Positions 1-9,182 of a stretch of 64,000 nt of DNA are shown here, piece after piece; position 1 is the first letter of the stretch; every line of letters starts with the position of its first letter. The stretch covers positions 40,111 through 104,110 of the forward strand of contig JAOABX010000008.1 of the NCBI GenBank assembly GCA_026418175.1, given 5' to 3'. The notes under the pieces are model-generated. The model saw nothing but the letters and a program-made list of their open reading frames with translations. It was not told where the DNA came from and did no database searches. The stretch comes from Flavobacteriales bacterium (GTDB lineage: Bacteria; Bacteroidota; Bacteroidia; CAIKAF01). The position numbers and the translations under genes are program-made.

Positions 1-1
1 T

Positions 2-301
2 GCCGGTGTTGAATTAGCCGCTGCTATGTCTGAAAAGTTTGAAGCCAGTGTGAATGAACTGGTAAAAAAAGGTAAAATCTCTGCTGAAGAAGGAAAGAAA
101 ATGGTAGATGAGTTTTTGAGCAAAAGCGAATCCAAAGCAGCTGATTTTGAATCGAAAGTAAAAGAATTTACAAGCAAATTCAAGAAGAAAACTGAGGAAG
201 AGCAATTGGAAGAATTAAAAAAACAGGTAGCAGAATTAGAAGCTAAATTGGGTAAAAACAAACCAGCTCCAAAAGCAACAACTGCTGCTTCAAGTAAGTA
301 A
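2..301 (+). CDS. Phasin-like (granule-associated) coiled-coil protein, 5'-partial
   Basis: Frame is open from base 2 (AGVELAAAMSEKFE...). The 'VNELVKKGKISAEEGKKMVDEF' pattern resembles phasin-family proteins that commonly precede ABC1 kinases. Confidence 0.6.
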   Translation, partial: AGVELAAAMSEKFEASVNELVKKGKISAEEGKKMVDEFLSKSESKAADFESKVKEFTSKFKKKTEEEQLEELKKQVAELEAKLGKNKPAPKATTAASSK

Positions 302-340
302 TTTGAGCAAGCATAGTTTAGATTTAGATTAGATTAGAAG

Positions 341-373
341 AACGGGTTCCATCAAAAGGAGCCCGTTTTGTTT
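341..373 (+). terminator. Rho-independent terminator
   Basis: Stem AACGGGTTCC/GGAGCCCGTT followed by a T-rich tract. Confidence 0.6.
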
Positions 374-442
374 ATTATAAATATTTTAGAAAAAAGTTCC
401 ATTTTTATTTTCGATAACTATTTAAGCACACCCTATTTTTGA

Positions 443-450
443 TACTTTTG
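443..450 (+). promoter_or_regulatory. Bacteroidota sigma-A -7 element (TACTTTTG)
   Basis: Matches TAnnTTTG about 30 nt upstream of the ATG at 482. Confidence 0.5.
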
Positions 451-481
451 CACGGCTAGCCATCAAACAGGCTTCCAACCC

Positions 482-2170
482 ATGATTTTTAAGCAAACAT
501 TTCGAAATATCCGGCGTATCCGGGAAATTATTGCCATACTGATAAAGTATGGGTTTGAAGACATTGTAACCAATTCAACCCTTCGAACATTTGTTACTGA
601 AAAGCGACGCCTCACCTGGATGCGGTATGAAAAGCCGGTATTTGAATATACCCGTTGGGAACGCATTCGCATGGTAGTAGAAGAATTAGGTCCCACGTTT
701 ATAAAATTAGCACAAGTGCTTAGCAACAGGCCGGATATGTTGCCGGAGCCTTTAATAGAAGAATTTGAAAAATTACAAGACAGGGTACCACCATTTGCGT
801 ATGAAGAAGTTCGTCGTATTATACGTAAAGAGATGGGATGTGAAATTGAAGATATTTTTGATGAGTTTGTCGAAACACCCATCGCATCCGCTTCTATTGG
901 ACAAGTGCATAAAGCCCGGTTAAAAACTGGTGAATTGGTAGTAGTTAAAGTACAACGTCCGGAAGTACAGGAAGTAATTGAACGTGATTTGGCCATTGTG
1001 CATGAAGTGGTACGTCGAACTGATCGATATTTAAGAAAACAGGGAATTTTAAATGCTTCGGATATTGTCAAGGTATATGAAAAAACCATGCAGCGGGAAC
1101 TTGACTACCGAAACGAAGCCCGAAACATTAATAAATTTCGAAAACTTTACGGCAAAAACAGCAATTTATATATCCCCAAAGCCTATAAAGAATATACCAC
1201 ACAACGCATGATGGTGTTGGAGTATGCCGATGGATGCAAAATTACTAATGTAGACCAGTTGCGTGAATGGGGATTAAACCCTCATCGTATCGTAGAAAAT
1301 GGAATGAGCATATACCTGGAAATGATTTTTGAAAAAGGGGTGTTTCATGCTGATCCACATCCAGGAAATGTGCTGGTGCGACGAGATGGGGTGATACTAC
1401 TTCTTGACTTTGGCATGACCGGGCATTTGATGAAAAAAGATAAATATGCATTTGCCAACGTTTTTATTTCAATAGCAAAAGGTGATGCACGCCAAGCTGC
1501 CGAATACATGCGTAAACTTGCCATTGAAGACCAAGTAGAAGACTTTCGATCGTTGGAATATGACATGCATGAGTTAATTGAAGACTTTAGTAATTTGGAT
1601 GTGAGTGAAGGAAGCATTGCAGATATTACCCAGCGGTTGCAAAAGATTATGTTGAATTATCAAATGCAGGTGCCGGGTGATATATTTATGATTTTCCGAG
1701 CTTTGGCCATTTTGGAAGGCATTGGTAAAATTATGCACCCCAACTTTAAAACCTTTGAATTTATTAAGCCTTGGGGAGCCAAAGTTGTAGCAGATCAATT
1801 ACGACCGGATAATATTCTTAGCGAATTAGAAAACCGGTATTTTAACCTTACCGCTTTTCTTACCACACTACCCATTGAAATTAAAGCCATTTTACAGGCA
1901 ACCCGTAAAGGCAAATTGCATTTTGAAGTGGAATTGCAAGGGTATGGTTACCTTCTGAAAAAAATGGATCAAGTAACCAACCGAATTTCTATAACATTTA
2001 TAGTTGTAGCTTTGGTGATTGGTTCTTCCATAATGGCTACAGTGCCATTTCCGCAGGAGATGGTTACACCCTACGGTTTAAATTATTTTTCGTTAGCCGG
2101 CTTCCTCATTGCCGGAGGCCTTTTTCTTATCTTGATTTATCTTATTATACGGGTTAGAAAGTATAAGTAA
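482..2170 (+). CDS. ABC1/AarF/UbiB family atypical kinase with C-terminal membrane helices
   Basis: LGPTFIKLAQ, PIASASIGQVH, VVVKVQRP, FHADPHPGN and LLDFGM motifs. Confidence 0.92.
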   Translation: MIFKQTFRNIRRIREIIAILIKYGFEDIVTNSTLRTFVTEKRRLTWMRYEKPVFEYTRWERIRMVVEELGPTFIKLAQVLSNRPDMLPEPLIEEFEKLQDRVPPFAYEEVRRIIRKEMGCEIEDIFDEFVETPIASASIGQVHKARLKTGELVVVKVQRPEVQEVIERDLAIVHEVVRRTDRYLRKQGILNASDIVKVYEKTMQRELDYRNEARNINKFRKLYGKNSNLYIPKAYKEYTTQRMMVLEYADGCKITNVDQLREWGLNPHRIVENGMSIYLEMIFEKGVFHADPHPGNVLVRRDGVILLLDFGMTGHLMKKDKYAFANVFISIAKGDARQAAEYMRKLAIEDQVEDFRSLEYDMHELIEDFSNLDVSEGSIADITQRLQKIMLNYQMQVPGDIFMIFRALAILEGIGKIMHPNFKTFEFIKPWGAKVVADQLRPDNILSELENRYFNLTAFLTTLPIEIKAILQATRKGKLHFEVELQGYGYLLKKMDQVTNRISITFIVVALVIGSSIMATVPFPQEMVTPYGLNYFSLAGFLIAGGLFLILIYLIIRVRKYK

Positions 2171-2229
2171 AAGCATAGATTCGATATATTCATCTGTTTT
2201 TATAATTTTATCGCATAAATTCTATCTAT

Positions 2230-2439
2230 ATGTCATCACATACTGAGCATCATTCACAAAAAGAAAATGCAACAGTTTTCATTGTTGTTGTTTTAATGTT
2301 TATCATCATTGCTCCTGTAATTGGTGCTATTGGTAAAGCAAGCAACTGCAGCAAGAATTGTGAAAAGCACAAAACCGAGCAACACGATTCACATCATAAT
2401 GTATCAGAAACCCATGAAGAACATCATGGAGGCCATTAA
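2230..2439 (+). CDS. Small membrane protein with His-rich tail
   Basis: 69 aa, one hydrophobic helix, CxxxC, His/Glu-rich C-terminus; fills the gap between two genes. Confidence 0.55.
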   Translation: MSSHTEHHSQKENATVFIVVVLMFIIIAPVIGAIGKASNCSKNCEKHKTEQHDSHHNVSETHEEHHGGH

Positions 2440-2448
2440 AAAGTAAGG

Positions 2449-3162
2449 TTATTGCTGAATTACACTTCCTGATCCTGTATCTGTTATGTTGGTTATAGGG
2501 TTGCCTTTATAATATACATTGCCAGAGCCTGTGAGTGTTACGTTCAGTGTATCCATCACGTTTACTTTGCTATGGCCCGATCCTGTGTTTAATACATCAG
2601 CTAATTGAGCTATTAAATCAAAACATTCGGTATGGCCTGAACCTGTGTTGGTAACGTCTAAATAATTCGCCATGCCTTGCACTATAATTTTTCCTAATCC
2701 GGTATTAAGTGTTGAAAGAATATTTGCATCTGCACTAATATCAATAATACCGCTTCCTGAATTTTTCAAGGCAATCTGCGGCTGAGACATCGTTTGCATG
2801 GTTTCTATTTTTCCGGAAGAAGTGTTTTGTATTGATTGAATTACGGAGGGTGTATAAACTCTTACTTCCATGGTAGCATTACAAATGGATTGATTTTCAT
2901 CTACGCGGATGATAAGTGTATTATTTTCTACAGAGGTAAGAATTCGTTCTTCAATATTTTCGTCGGCAAAAACTACTACCCGCTGTATGGTATCTGAAAT
3001 AATGGACACATTGGCTTCGCTTTCGAGTCGAACACCGGTAAATGAGTTGGTTAATGTACGTTCTACCGTAATCAAATTCCCGTTTCCTTTTATATCACAT
3101 AAAAATCCACAGGAGGTTAAAATCAACGTAAGAGTGATACATATCGGAAGTAATTGCTTCAT
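2449..3162 (-). CDS. DUF2807 (GIN domain) beta-helix lipoprotein
   Basis: Lipobox LTSC, 'IKGNGNLITVER', repeated xTGSGxI motifs, 'GSGNVYYKGNP'. Confidence 0.85.
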   Translation of the reverse strand: MKQLLPICITLTLILTSCGFLCDIKGNGNLITVERTLTNSFTGVRLESEANVSIISDTIQRVVVFADENIEERILTSVENNTLIIRVDENQSICNATMEVRVYTPSVIQSIQNTSSGKIETMQTMSQPQIALKNSGSGIIDISADANILSTLNTGLGKIIVQGMANYLDVTNTGSGHTECFDLIAQLADVLNTGSGHSKVNVMDTLNVTLTGSGNVYYKGNPITNITDTGSGSVIQQ

Positions 3163-3167
3163 GAGGT

Positions 3168-3626
3168 TTATGGTTTATAACGTTTCCAGGTTTCAGTACG
3201 GCCAAGGATTGAAAACCCACAAATACTTCCCCGCAAATCAATTTCATCCGGTGAAATAATGGTGATTTTTCCACAGTACGTTTTTCCGTCGTTGGGGTCA
3301 TATACACGCCCGTCTTTAAAAACTCCATTGCCTGCATATGTAAAGTCTTTCATAAATCGTAATCCCATGATCGGCTGATTTCTCAGGGTGGGATCTGGAT
3401 TTTTATCATCTGTTTCGGGGAGGCCTGTTTTGGGATCATTCGGCTCTTTCAGCCATACCACTTTGCCATAATATTTGGTTCCAATTTTTTCAATTTTTAC
3501 ATGCGATTTTTCATCCTTTGGAATCCAAATTCCCAACAATAAATCCGGATTATCAATTCCTTGAGCATAACTGTTTCCAACCCATAATAACAAGGTTGCA
3601 ATAATCGTATTTAAAAATCTTTTCAT
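3168..3626 (-). CDS. DUF2147 family protein
   Basis: Signal peptide and motifs LGIW, YYGKVVWL, DDKNPDP, GRVYDPNDGKTY, LGRTETWKR; ATG at 3626 preferred as start. Confidence 0.85.
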   Translation of the reverse strand: MKRFLNTIIATLLLWVGNSYAQGIDNPDLLLGIWIPKDEKSHVKIEKIGTKYYGKVVWLKEPNDPKTGLPETDDKNPDPTLRNQPIMGLRFMKDFTYAGNGVFKDGRVYDPNDGKTYCGKITIISPDEIDLRGSICGFSILGRTETWKRYKP

Positions 3627-3630
3627 CCAT

Positions 3631-4146
3631 TTATTTCTTTTCAGCAGCACTAAATTTAAGCTTCATATTCATTAACATTTCATAACCCAACGTATCCATT
3701 TCGGTCATGTTGGCATCAATGATTATGAATAACGAATTTTCTGAAAAATACTTGTGTATATCTGCTTTTTCAGTGGCAACAGGTTTTAGTATTGTGCTTT
3801 CTTTCGGAACAGGAGATAGGCTGGCCAGTTTGGTCATATTGTTTTTATCGCTGAAAAAATTTACCACCAGGTTCTCAAAGTTATTGAAGTTACGGCCTCC
3901 CTGCATGTTCAATTCGATGCTTTCAATAGTTACATCATTGATTTTGCTGCGGTCGGCATGATTTGTTTTAAATAATTCATCAAGGTTTAATGGCACTTCT
4001 GCTTGAAAAGAATTGGGGCCCGGCGTAACCGGAGCTTCGAGTTTAAGTGGAACATTTGAAAAATCGTAAGTAAATTCAACTAACGTAGGTTTGTTACAGG
4101 ATGATAAACTAATAGCAGCAACAAAAAGAATTACTATCTTTTTCAT
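3631..4146 (-). CDS. Hypothetical lipoprotein
   Basis: Lipobox LSSC; co-oriented and closely spaced in the operon. Confidence 0.75.
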   Translation of the reverse strand: MKKIVILFVAAISLSSCNKPTLVEFTYDFSNVPLKLEAPVTPGPNSFQAEVPLNLDELFKTNHADRSKINDVTIESIELNMQGGRNFNNFENLVVNFFSDKNNMTKLASLSPVPKESTILKPVATEKADIHKYFSENSLFIIIDANMTEMDTLGYEMLMNMKLKFSAAEKK

Positions 4147-4192
4147 GTTTTTATTTTTTTACAAAATAAACAAAAATGATGGGAATAATCTG

Positions 4193-5461
4193 TTATTGAT
4201 TATCTACCCAAAGAATTATTTCAGGGAAAAACGTAACGATGATTAGTGACAAAAAAATCATCAGCATAAAAGGCAATGTGGCTTTAACAACTTTTCCGAA
4301 AGGCTGATTAAATACGCCGGAAGATACAAATAAGTTTACTCCAACGGGTGGGGTTAGATAGCCAATTTCCAAAGCCAAAGTGAAAATGATACCAAAATGA
4401 ATAATATTTACATCATACATCCGGGCGGTAGGTAAAAGCAAGGGAGCCATAATTAGAATGGCAGAAATGGCATCCATAAATAAACCCACAATAAGTAACA
4501 TCAAGATAGAAATTAATAGAAACATCATTTTGCCGGTGATAAATCCGGATAATTTTTCAAGTAATAAAGAAGGTACGTCTTGCAGAATTAAAAACCTGTT
4601 GAATACAGCTGCCATGGCAATAATTATGAATATAGTACCCATGATAATAACCGAATCATACAGGGTATTTGCAATATCTTTTATGGATGATTTTCTAAAA
4701 TACAACAATTCTACAAGAATAGCATAAACAGCTCCTACCGACGCAGCTTCTGTTACATTGTATATTCCACCGTAAATGCCGCCAATTATCAAAATAGGCA
4801 TCAATAATGCCGGGATGCTTTTAACAAAGCTGGTACTCAGGTTGGGAGCTGAAAACGGAACTGTTTGTAACGGATATTTACGTGCAATAATTAATGCCAG
4901 AGTCATAAGAAATATAGCGGTTACAATTCCGGGAACCAATCCGGCAATGAATAATTTATTTACATCGGCACCTGTCATGATAGAAAAAATAATCATGGGA
5001 ATACTCGGCGGAATAATAATTCCTAACGAGCCGGAAGCGGTTATACTACCTAAGGCCAGGGTGTTAGGATAACTATAACGCAACATGGCAGGATACATAA
5101 TTGATCCAATGGCAAGTAGTGTAACCGGTGATGAGCCGGAAATAGCAGCAAAAATGACACATGCAAATATAGCCCCCACAGTAAGACCTCCTTTCATCCA
5201 GCCAAATAATGCCATCATCAAATCAATGAGGCGTTTGGCAATTTCGCCTTTCGACATTACAGCACCGGCAAAAACGTACAATGGAATAGATAATAAGGCC
5301 GGTTTATTCACTGTATCAAACATGTCTTTGGTGATTGAAAATAACTCTACATCCCCTATTAAATAAAAAAGTGATAAGCTGAGCGTTCCAATAATTAAAA
5401 ATAATTGAGAACCTGTAAGAACCAATATCAACAAGAGCAATAATACAATGAACAATTCCAT
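4193..5461 (-). CDS. dctM: TRAP transporter large permease
   Basis: 422 aa polytopic protein with LLSIPLYVFAG, FAAISGSS, GIIIPPSIPMI and GYLTPPVGVNLFV. Confidence 0.93.
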   Translation of the reverse strand: MELFIVLLLLLILVLTGSQLFLIIGTLSLSLFYLIGDVELFSITKDMFDTVNKPALLSIPLYVFAGAVMSKGEIAKRLIDLMMALFGWMKGGLTVGAIFACVIFAAISGSSPVTLLAIGSIMYPAMLRYSYPNTLALGSITASGSLGIIIPPSIPMIIFSIMTGADVNKLFIAGLVPGIVTAIFLMTLALIIARKYPLQTVPFSAPNLSTSFVKSIPALLMPILIIGGIYGGIYNVTEAASVGAVYAILVELLYFRKSSIKDIANTLYDSVIIMGTIFIIIAMAAVFNRFLILQDVPSLLLEKLSGFITGKMMFLLISILMLLIVGLFMDAISAILIMAPLLLPTARMYDVNIIHFGIIFTLALEIGYLTPPVGVNLFVSSGVFNQPFGKVVKATLPFMLMIFLSLIIVTFFPEIILWVDNQ

Positions 5462-5465
5462 GGCC

Positions 5466-5999
5466 TTACAATATTTGTTTATTTACAAAATCTGTTTCCA
5501 GGCGTTTCCCTTGAAGTACATCCAACCAAAGGAAAATAGTGAAAAGAAAACGTACCGAAGAAATAACAAAACTGATTGGAATTATCATAATAACCCACCA
5601 CATGGGTATTCCTAGTACGGGGTCTTTATCATTAAACTCCATACTAAGGATGGTGTACTTGTAACTTAATAGCGCAAAGATAAAAATAACAATGGCTGCG
5701 ATGAAGTTTATAAACATATTCATCATGCATTTTGTCCGAATGGAAACTTTTGATTTTACAAATTCTACTTCAATATGCCTGATTTTAGAAGTAGCTATTT
5801 GAAATCCAATAAACCCCAACCAAATCATTAAATAGGTGCCCAACCGATCTACACCATACAAAGGAAGATTAAATGCGTACCGCGAAACGGTTCCAGCAAA
5901 AACTACCAATACAATACTTAATATGATGACAACGGAAATTACTTTTTCAAGCCTTTCAAACCAACCATTTAGCTTTAAATACCATGTGGTAATCTTCAT
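5466..5999 (-). CDS. dctQ: TRAP transporter small permease
   Basis: Four TM helices, RYAFN, 'MIWLGFIG', HIEVE; lies between dctP and dctM. Confidence 0.9.
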   Translation of the reverse strand: MKITTWYLKLNGWFERLEKVISVVIILSIVLVVFAGTVSRYAFNLPLYGVDRLGTYLMIWLGFIGFQIATSKIRHIEVEFVKSKVSIRTKCMMNMFINFIAAIVIFIFALLSYKYTILSMEFNDKDPVLGIPMWWVIMIIPISFVISSVRFLFTIFLWLDVLQGKRLETDFVNKQIL

Positions 6000-6004
6000 A
6001 CCGA

Positions 6005-7027
6005 TTACTTTTTGCCTTCTTTGTATTCTTTGATTTTATCGCGAACTAATTTAATAATATGTGAGCCAATCTTTTTCTCAAGTGCTTTATATACTGGTTC
6101 AGATGCTTTTTTAAACTCATCGCGTTGAGCTTTGGTTAAATTGGTAACCGTTATGCCCAAATCAGGAAATGAACTTAATACGGCTGCGTCTTCTGTACGC
6201 ACGGCATTGCGTGATTTGTTTTGCAGTGCCAATCTATCTGTTTTTATTGCAACTGCTTCTTTTAAATTTTCGGGCAGTTTATCAAAGAACTTTTTGGAGA
6301 TAATTACAGCACCCGGCTGATAGATATGTTTGGTTACGGTATAATACTTTACCGTATTAATCCATCCTGTGGAAAGAGAAAATACAGGTGTTTGATCATA
6401 CCCATCTACCATTCCGGTTTTTAGTGCCATCAATACATCGGGGGTTGCCATGGGAACTGCAGTTGCTCCCATAGTTTTGTAAAAATTAATATATACATCT
6501 GATTCCTGAGATCGCATTTTTAGGCCTTTTAAATCGTTTGGAGATGTAATTGCTTTATTTTTCGTACCAAAACTTCTCCATCCATTAGTACCCCACATGA
6601 TTAGAACAACCCCTTTTTCTTCAAAATATTTCGAAATAGTTTCAAAGAGGTTATCCATTACGTAATCTGCTTCCTGGTCACTTTCAAATAAAAACGGGAG
6701 TTCTAATGTTTCAAGTTCTGGTATGCCCAAAGCTTCGGCAATAGCAGCTGTACTAAATGCTCCTGCTTCAAGACTTCCCATGGCTATGCTTTTTATCATT
6801 TCTACTTCTCCGCCAAGCTGCCCTCCCAAATACTTTTTAAAGGTGATTTGCCCGCCAGCTTTACTTTCAACTTTTTTTATGTATTCATTGATTCCTTCTT
6901 CCCAAGGGCTATCTGGTGGGATTACACTTCCGATTCGGATTTTGTAAGTGTTTTGTGAAAAAGCAGATAGACTAATGACGCTAACTAAAAACAGGAAGGC
7001 AAAAATGCGTTTTGCTATATTTATCAT
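6005..7027 (-). CDS. dctP: TRAP transporter substrate-binding protein (DctP/TatP)
   Basis: Signal peptide; GGQLGGEVEM, LELPFLF, DLKGLKMR, ALKTGMVDG. Confidence 0.93.
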   Translation of the reverse strand: MINIAKRIFAFLFLVSVISLSAFSQNTYKIRIGSVIPPDSPWEEGINEYIKKVESKAGGQITFKKYLGGQLGGEVEMIKSIAMGSLEAGAFSTAAIAEALGIPELETLELPFLFESDQEADYVMDNLFETISKYFEEKGVVLIMWGTNGWRSFGTKNKAITSPNDLKGLKMRSQESDVYINFYKTMGATAVPMATPDVLMALKTGMVDGYDQTPVFSLSTGWINTVKYYTVTKHIYQPGAVIISKKFFDKLPENLKEAVAIKTDRLALQNKSRNAVRTEDAAVLSSFPDLGITVTNLTKAQRDEFKKASEPVYKALEKKIGSHIIKLVRDKIKEYKEGKK

Positions 7028-7056
7028 TTGTAAATAATTATTAATGGTTAATCAAT

Positions 7057-7878
7057 TTAATCAAATAGTTCAGCCTGATTGGCTTTCAATTCTTTGGCCT
7101 TATTCTGAGCATTTAAATTTTCAGGATAAATCTCGGGCCATTGACTAATATCTGTCGCCAAAACTTCATCCAATAATTGATTAAACAATTGTTTATTTTT
7201 TATTTTGGCATGGGTACAGTATGCTTCGGCATATAAAACTTTGGTTTCAAGATAATTAGGAGCAACAGCCACTGCTTTATCAAACATTTCTTTCGATTTT
7301 ACCGGGTCTTGCTCGCCTGTAATACTCGGAACCAATGCAAAATATCCTCCAAAGAAGCGATATACTCCTCCATAATTAAATTCTGGTGCAGTAGCCAGCA
7401 CATGATCCCACAAATAGCGTACACGGCCTTTAACCGCCAGTTTTTTACCAAATGGAGCAAATTTTGCATATCGTGCAAGATTTGCAGCAACCCAATATAA
7501 TCCTTCAATATCTTCTTTGCTGATTTTTTTTATAGCATCTTCTTCTTTTTTGGTAGAAGCCATAGCTTCTGTATAAGCTTTCACCTTACTGAGAGCTTTT
7601 TCTCCTGCATCCACTCCTTTTAGATAAATATCGAGTTTGGTATTTTTATCCTGTTCGGCTTCACCTTTGAAGTAATAGCAGCGTGATAAGTAAACAGCCA
7701 CTTCATAGTTTACATCTTTTGCCAATATGCTTTCACAAAGCTTAATGCATTCTTCCAGTTTTTCTTTTTTATGTCTTTCTGCAAAAAGGGCTTTGATTTG
7801 GTCTATTTCGGCATTTTGAGCCCAACCAATTGAAGTTACAGATACTGCAAATACAAATAGAAAAATGTGTTTTTTCAT
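7057..7878 (-). CDS. TRAP-associated TatT-like helical-repeat protein
   Basis: Signal peptide, TPR-like helices, 'GLYWVAAN', 'PEFNYGGVYRFFGGYFALVP...GEQDPVKSKEMFDKA', 'YPENLNAQNKAKEL'; first gene of the TRAP operon. Confidence 0.75.
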   Translation of the reverse strand: MKKHIFLFVFAVSVTSIGWAQNAEIDQIKALFAERHKKEKLEECIKLCESILAKDVNYEVAVYLSRCYYFKGEAEQDKNTKLDIYLKGVDAGEKALSKVKAYTEAMASTKKEEDAIKKISKEDIEGLYWVAANLARYAKFAPFGKKLAVKGRVRYLWDHVLATAPEFNYGGVYRFFGGYFALVPSITGEQDPVKSKEMFDKAVAVAPNYLETKVLYAEAYCTHAKIKNKQLFNQLLDEVLATDISQWPEIYPENLNAQNKAKELKANQAELFD

Positions 7879-7988
7879 GATGTGTGCTTTTAATTCAACA
7901 AATTGTTTTATGCTGTGTAATTATCAAACATTCAAATTAAACAAAATGTTCATGTTGCCAAAAATAATGATTCTAATGAAATTTATTG

Positions 7989-9167
7989 CTAAAAAAAATT
8001 CAATGTGGGAAAAGAACGCTTCAGAATTTTATCGGGAGGTACATTCAGCTTTTTTTGAAGAATAGTGGCATATATACTTCGAAAGTCAACGGTATGAATT
8101 AAGTCTCCATCGTCTAGTTTTTGCAAATCAGGGCTTTCATTCAAAATTCCGGCATTTTTTAATTGGCCGTTGATGATGAATATGTTATTGGCTGTACCAT
8201 GGTCAGTTCCTCCGCTAGCATTCTGCGCCACTCTTCTGCCAAATTCGCTAAATGTTAGAATGGTAACATCGTTAAGTTTGTTATTATTTTTCAAATCCAT
8301 CACAAAGGGATATATGGCATCATTGTATTGTTTAAGAAGTTGGGCTTGTGTTCGCAATTGGGCAATATGTGTATCAAAACCACCTATTTCGCAGTAATAA
8401 ACAGATGATTGTGTATTTGAAATAATTAGCTCTGCAATGGTTTTCAGATGTTTACCTAACTCAGTTCCTGGATATTCTTCCCGGCTTTGATAAATTTTAC
8501 TTTGTGCGTAAATATAATTGGCAGCTGATTCTGAATCTGCCAGTGTTTTATATAAATAATTTAAATTTTCATTGGTTGAGTCGTAAGGTATTTTTTGGGT
8601 ATTAAGCAACTTGAAAGCTTGATAAAATGTTTCTGGTTTAGCAACGGCCAATGCATTGAACGTTTCTCCTTTCATTGCCAGGCTTAATGTATCATCCACT
8701 TCCATGGCGGTATAAATAGGTTTTCCAGCATTACACTGAGCATCCAGGTATCTTCCAAGCCAGCCGCTTTGCCAATACTCATCAGCATTACTGGCAGTGT
8801 GCCAAATATCCATGCTTCGAAAATGTGACCTATCAGGATTAGGATAACCAACATTATTAATTATGCTTAACCACCCTTGATTGTAAAGTTCACGAATTCC
8901 TTCCAGCGAGGGATGCAAACCCATTTCATCAGTAAGTTTTAAAACCTGATTTTCTGCAATAGCTATCGAAGGCCTATTTTTGTAATACAAATCGTTTTTG
9001 TAAGGAATTACTGTATTTAATCCGTCATTTCCTCCAGAAAGCTGAATAACCACCAAAATCTGGCCATTGGTTTGTTCAGTGTTTCCTTGAAATGCTTTTA
9101 CAAAACCGGGAATAAACAGGCTGGTACTGGCAAGTCCGGTATTTTTTATAAATGATCTTCGGTTCAT
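7989..9167 (-). CDS. DUF1501 family protein (Tat-exported)
   Basis: NRRSFIK Tat motif; VIQLSGGNDGLNTVIP, RSHFRS, GGFDTH, FSEFGRR, GTDHG. Confidence 0.9.
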   Translation of the reverse strand: MNRRSFIKNTGLASTSLFIPGFVKAFQGNTEQTNGQILVVIQLSGGNDGLNTVIPYKNDLYYKNRPSIAIAENQVLKLTDEMGLHPSLEGIRELYNQGWLSIINNVGYPNPDRSHFRSMDIWHTASNADEYWQSGWLGRYLDAQCNAGKPIYTAMEVDDTLSLAMKGETFNALAVAKPETFYQAFKLLNTQKIPYDSTNENLNYLYKTLADSESAANYIYAQSKIYQSREEYPGTELGKHLKTIAELIISNTQSSVYYCEIGGFDTHIAQLRTQAQLLKQYNDAIYPFVMDLKNNNKLNDVTILTFSEFGRRVAQNASGGTDHGTANNIFIINGQLKNAGILNESPDLQKLDDGDLIHTVDFRSIYATILQKKLNVPPDKILKRSFPTLNFF

Positions 9168-9182
9168 ATACTTTTTCTTGAT

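Noticed and set aside
317-338. Short TTAGA tandem repeat
   Set aside because: About four imperfect units in an AT-rich 3' UTR; not distinguishable from chance.
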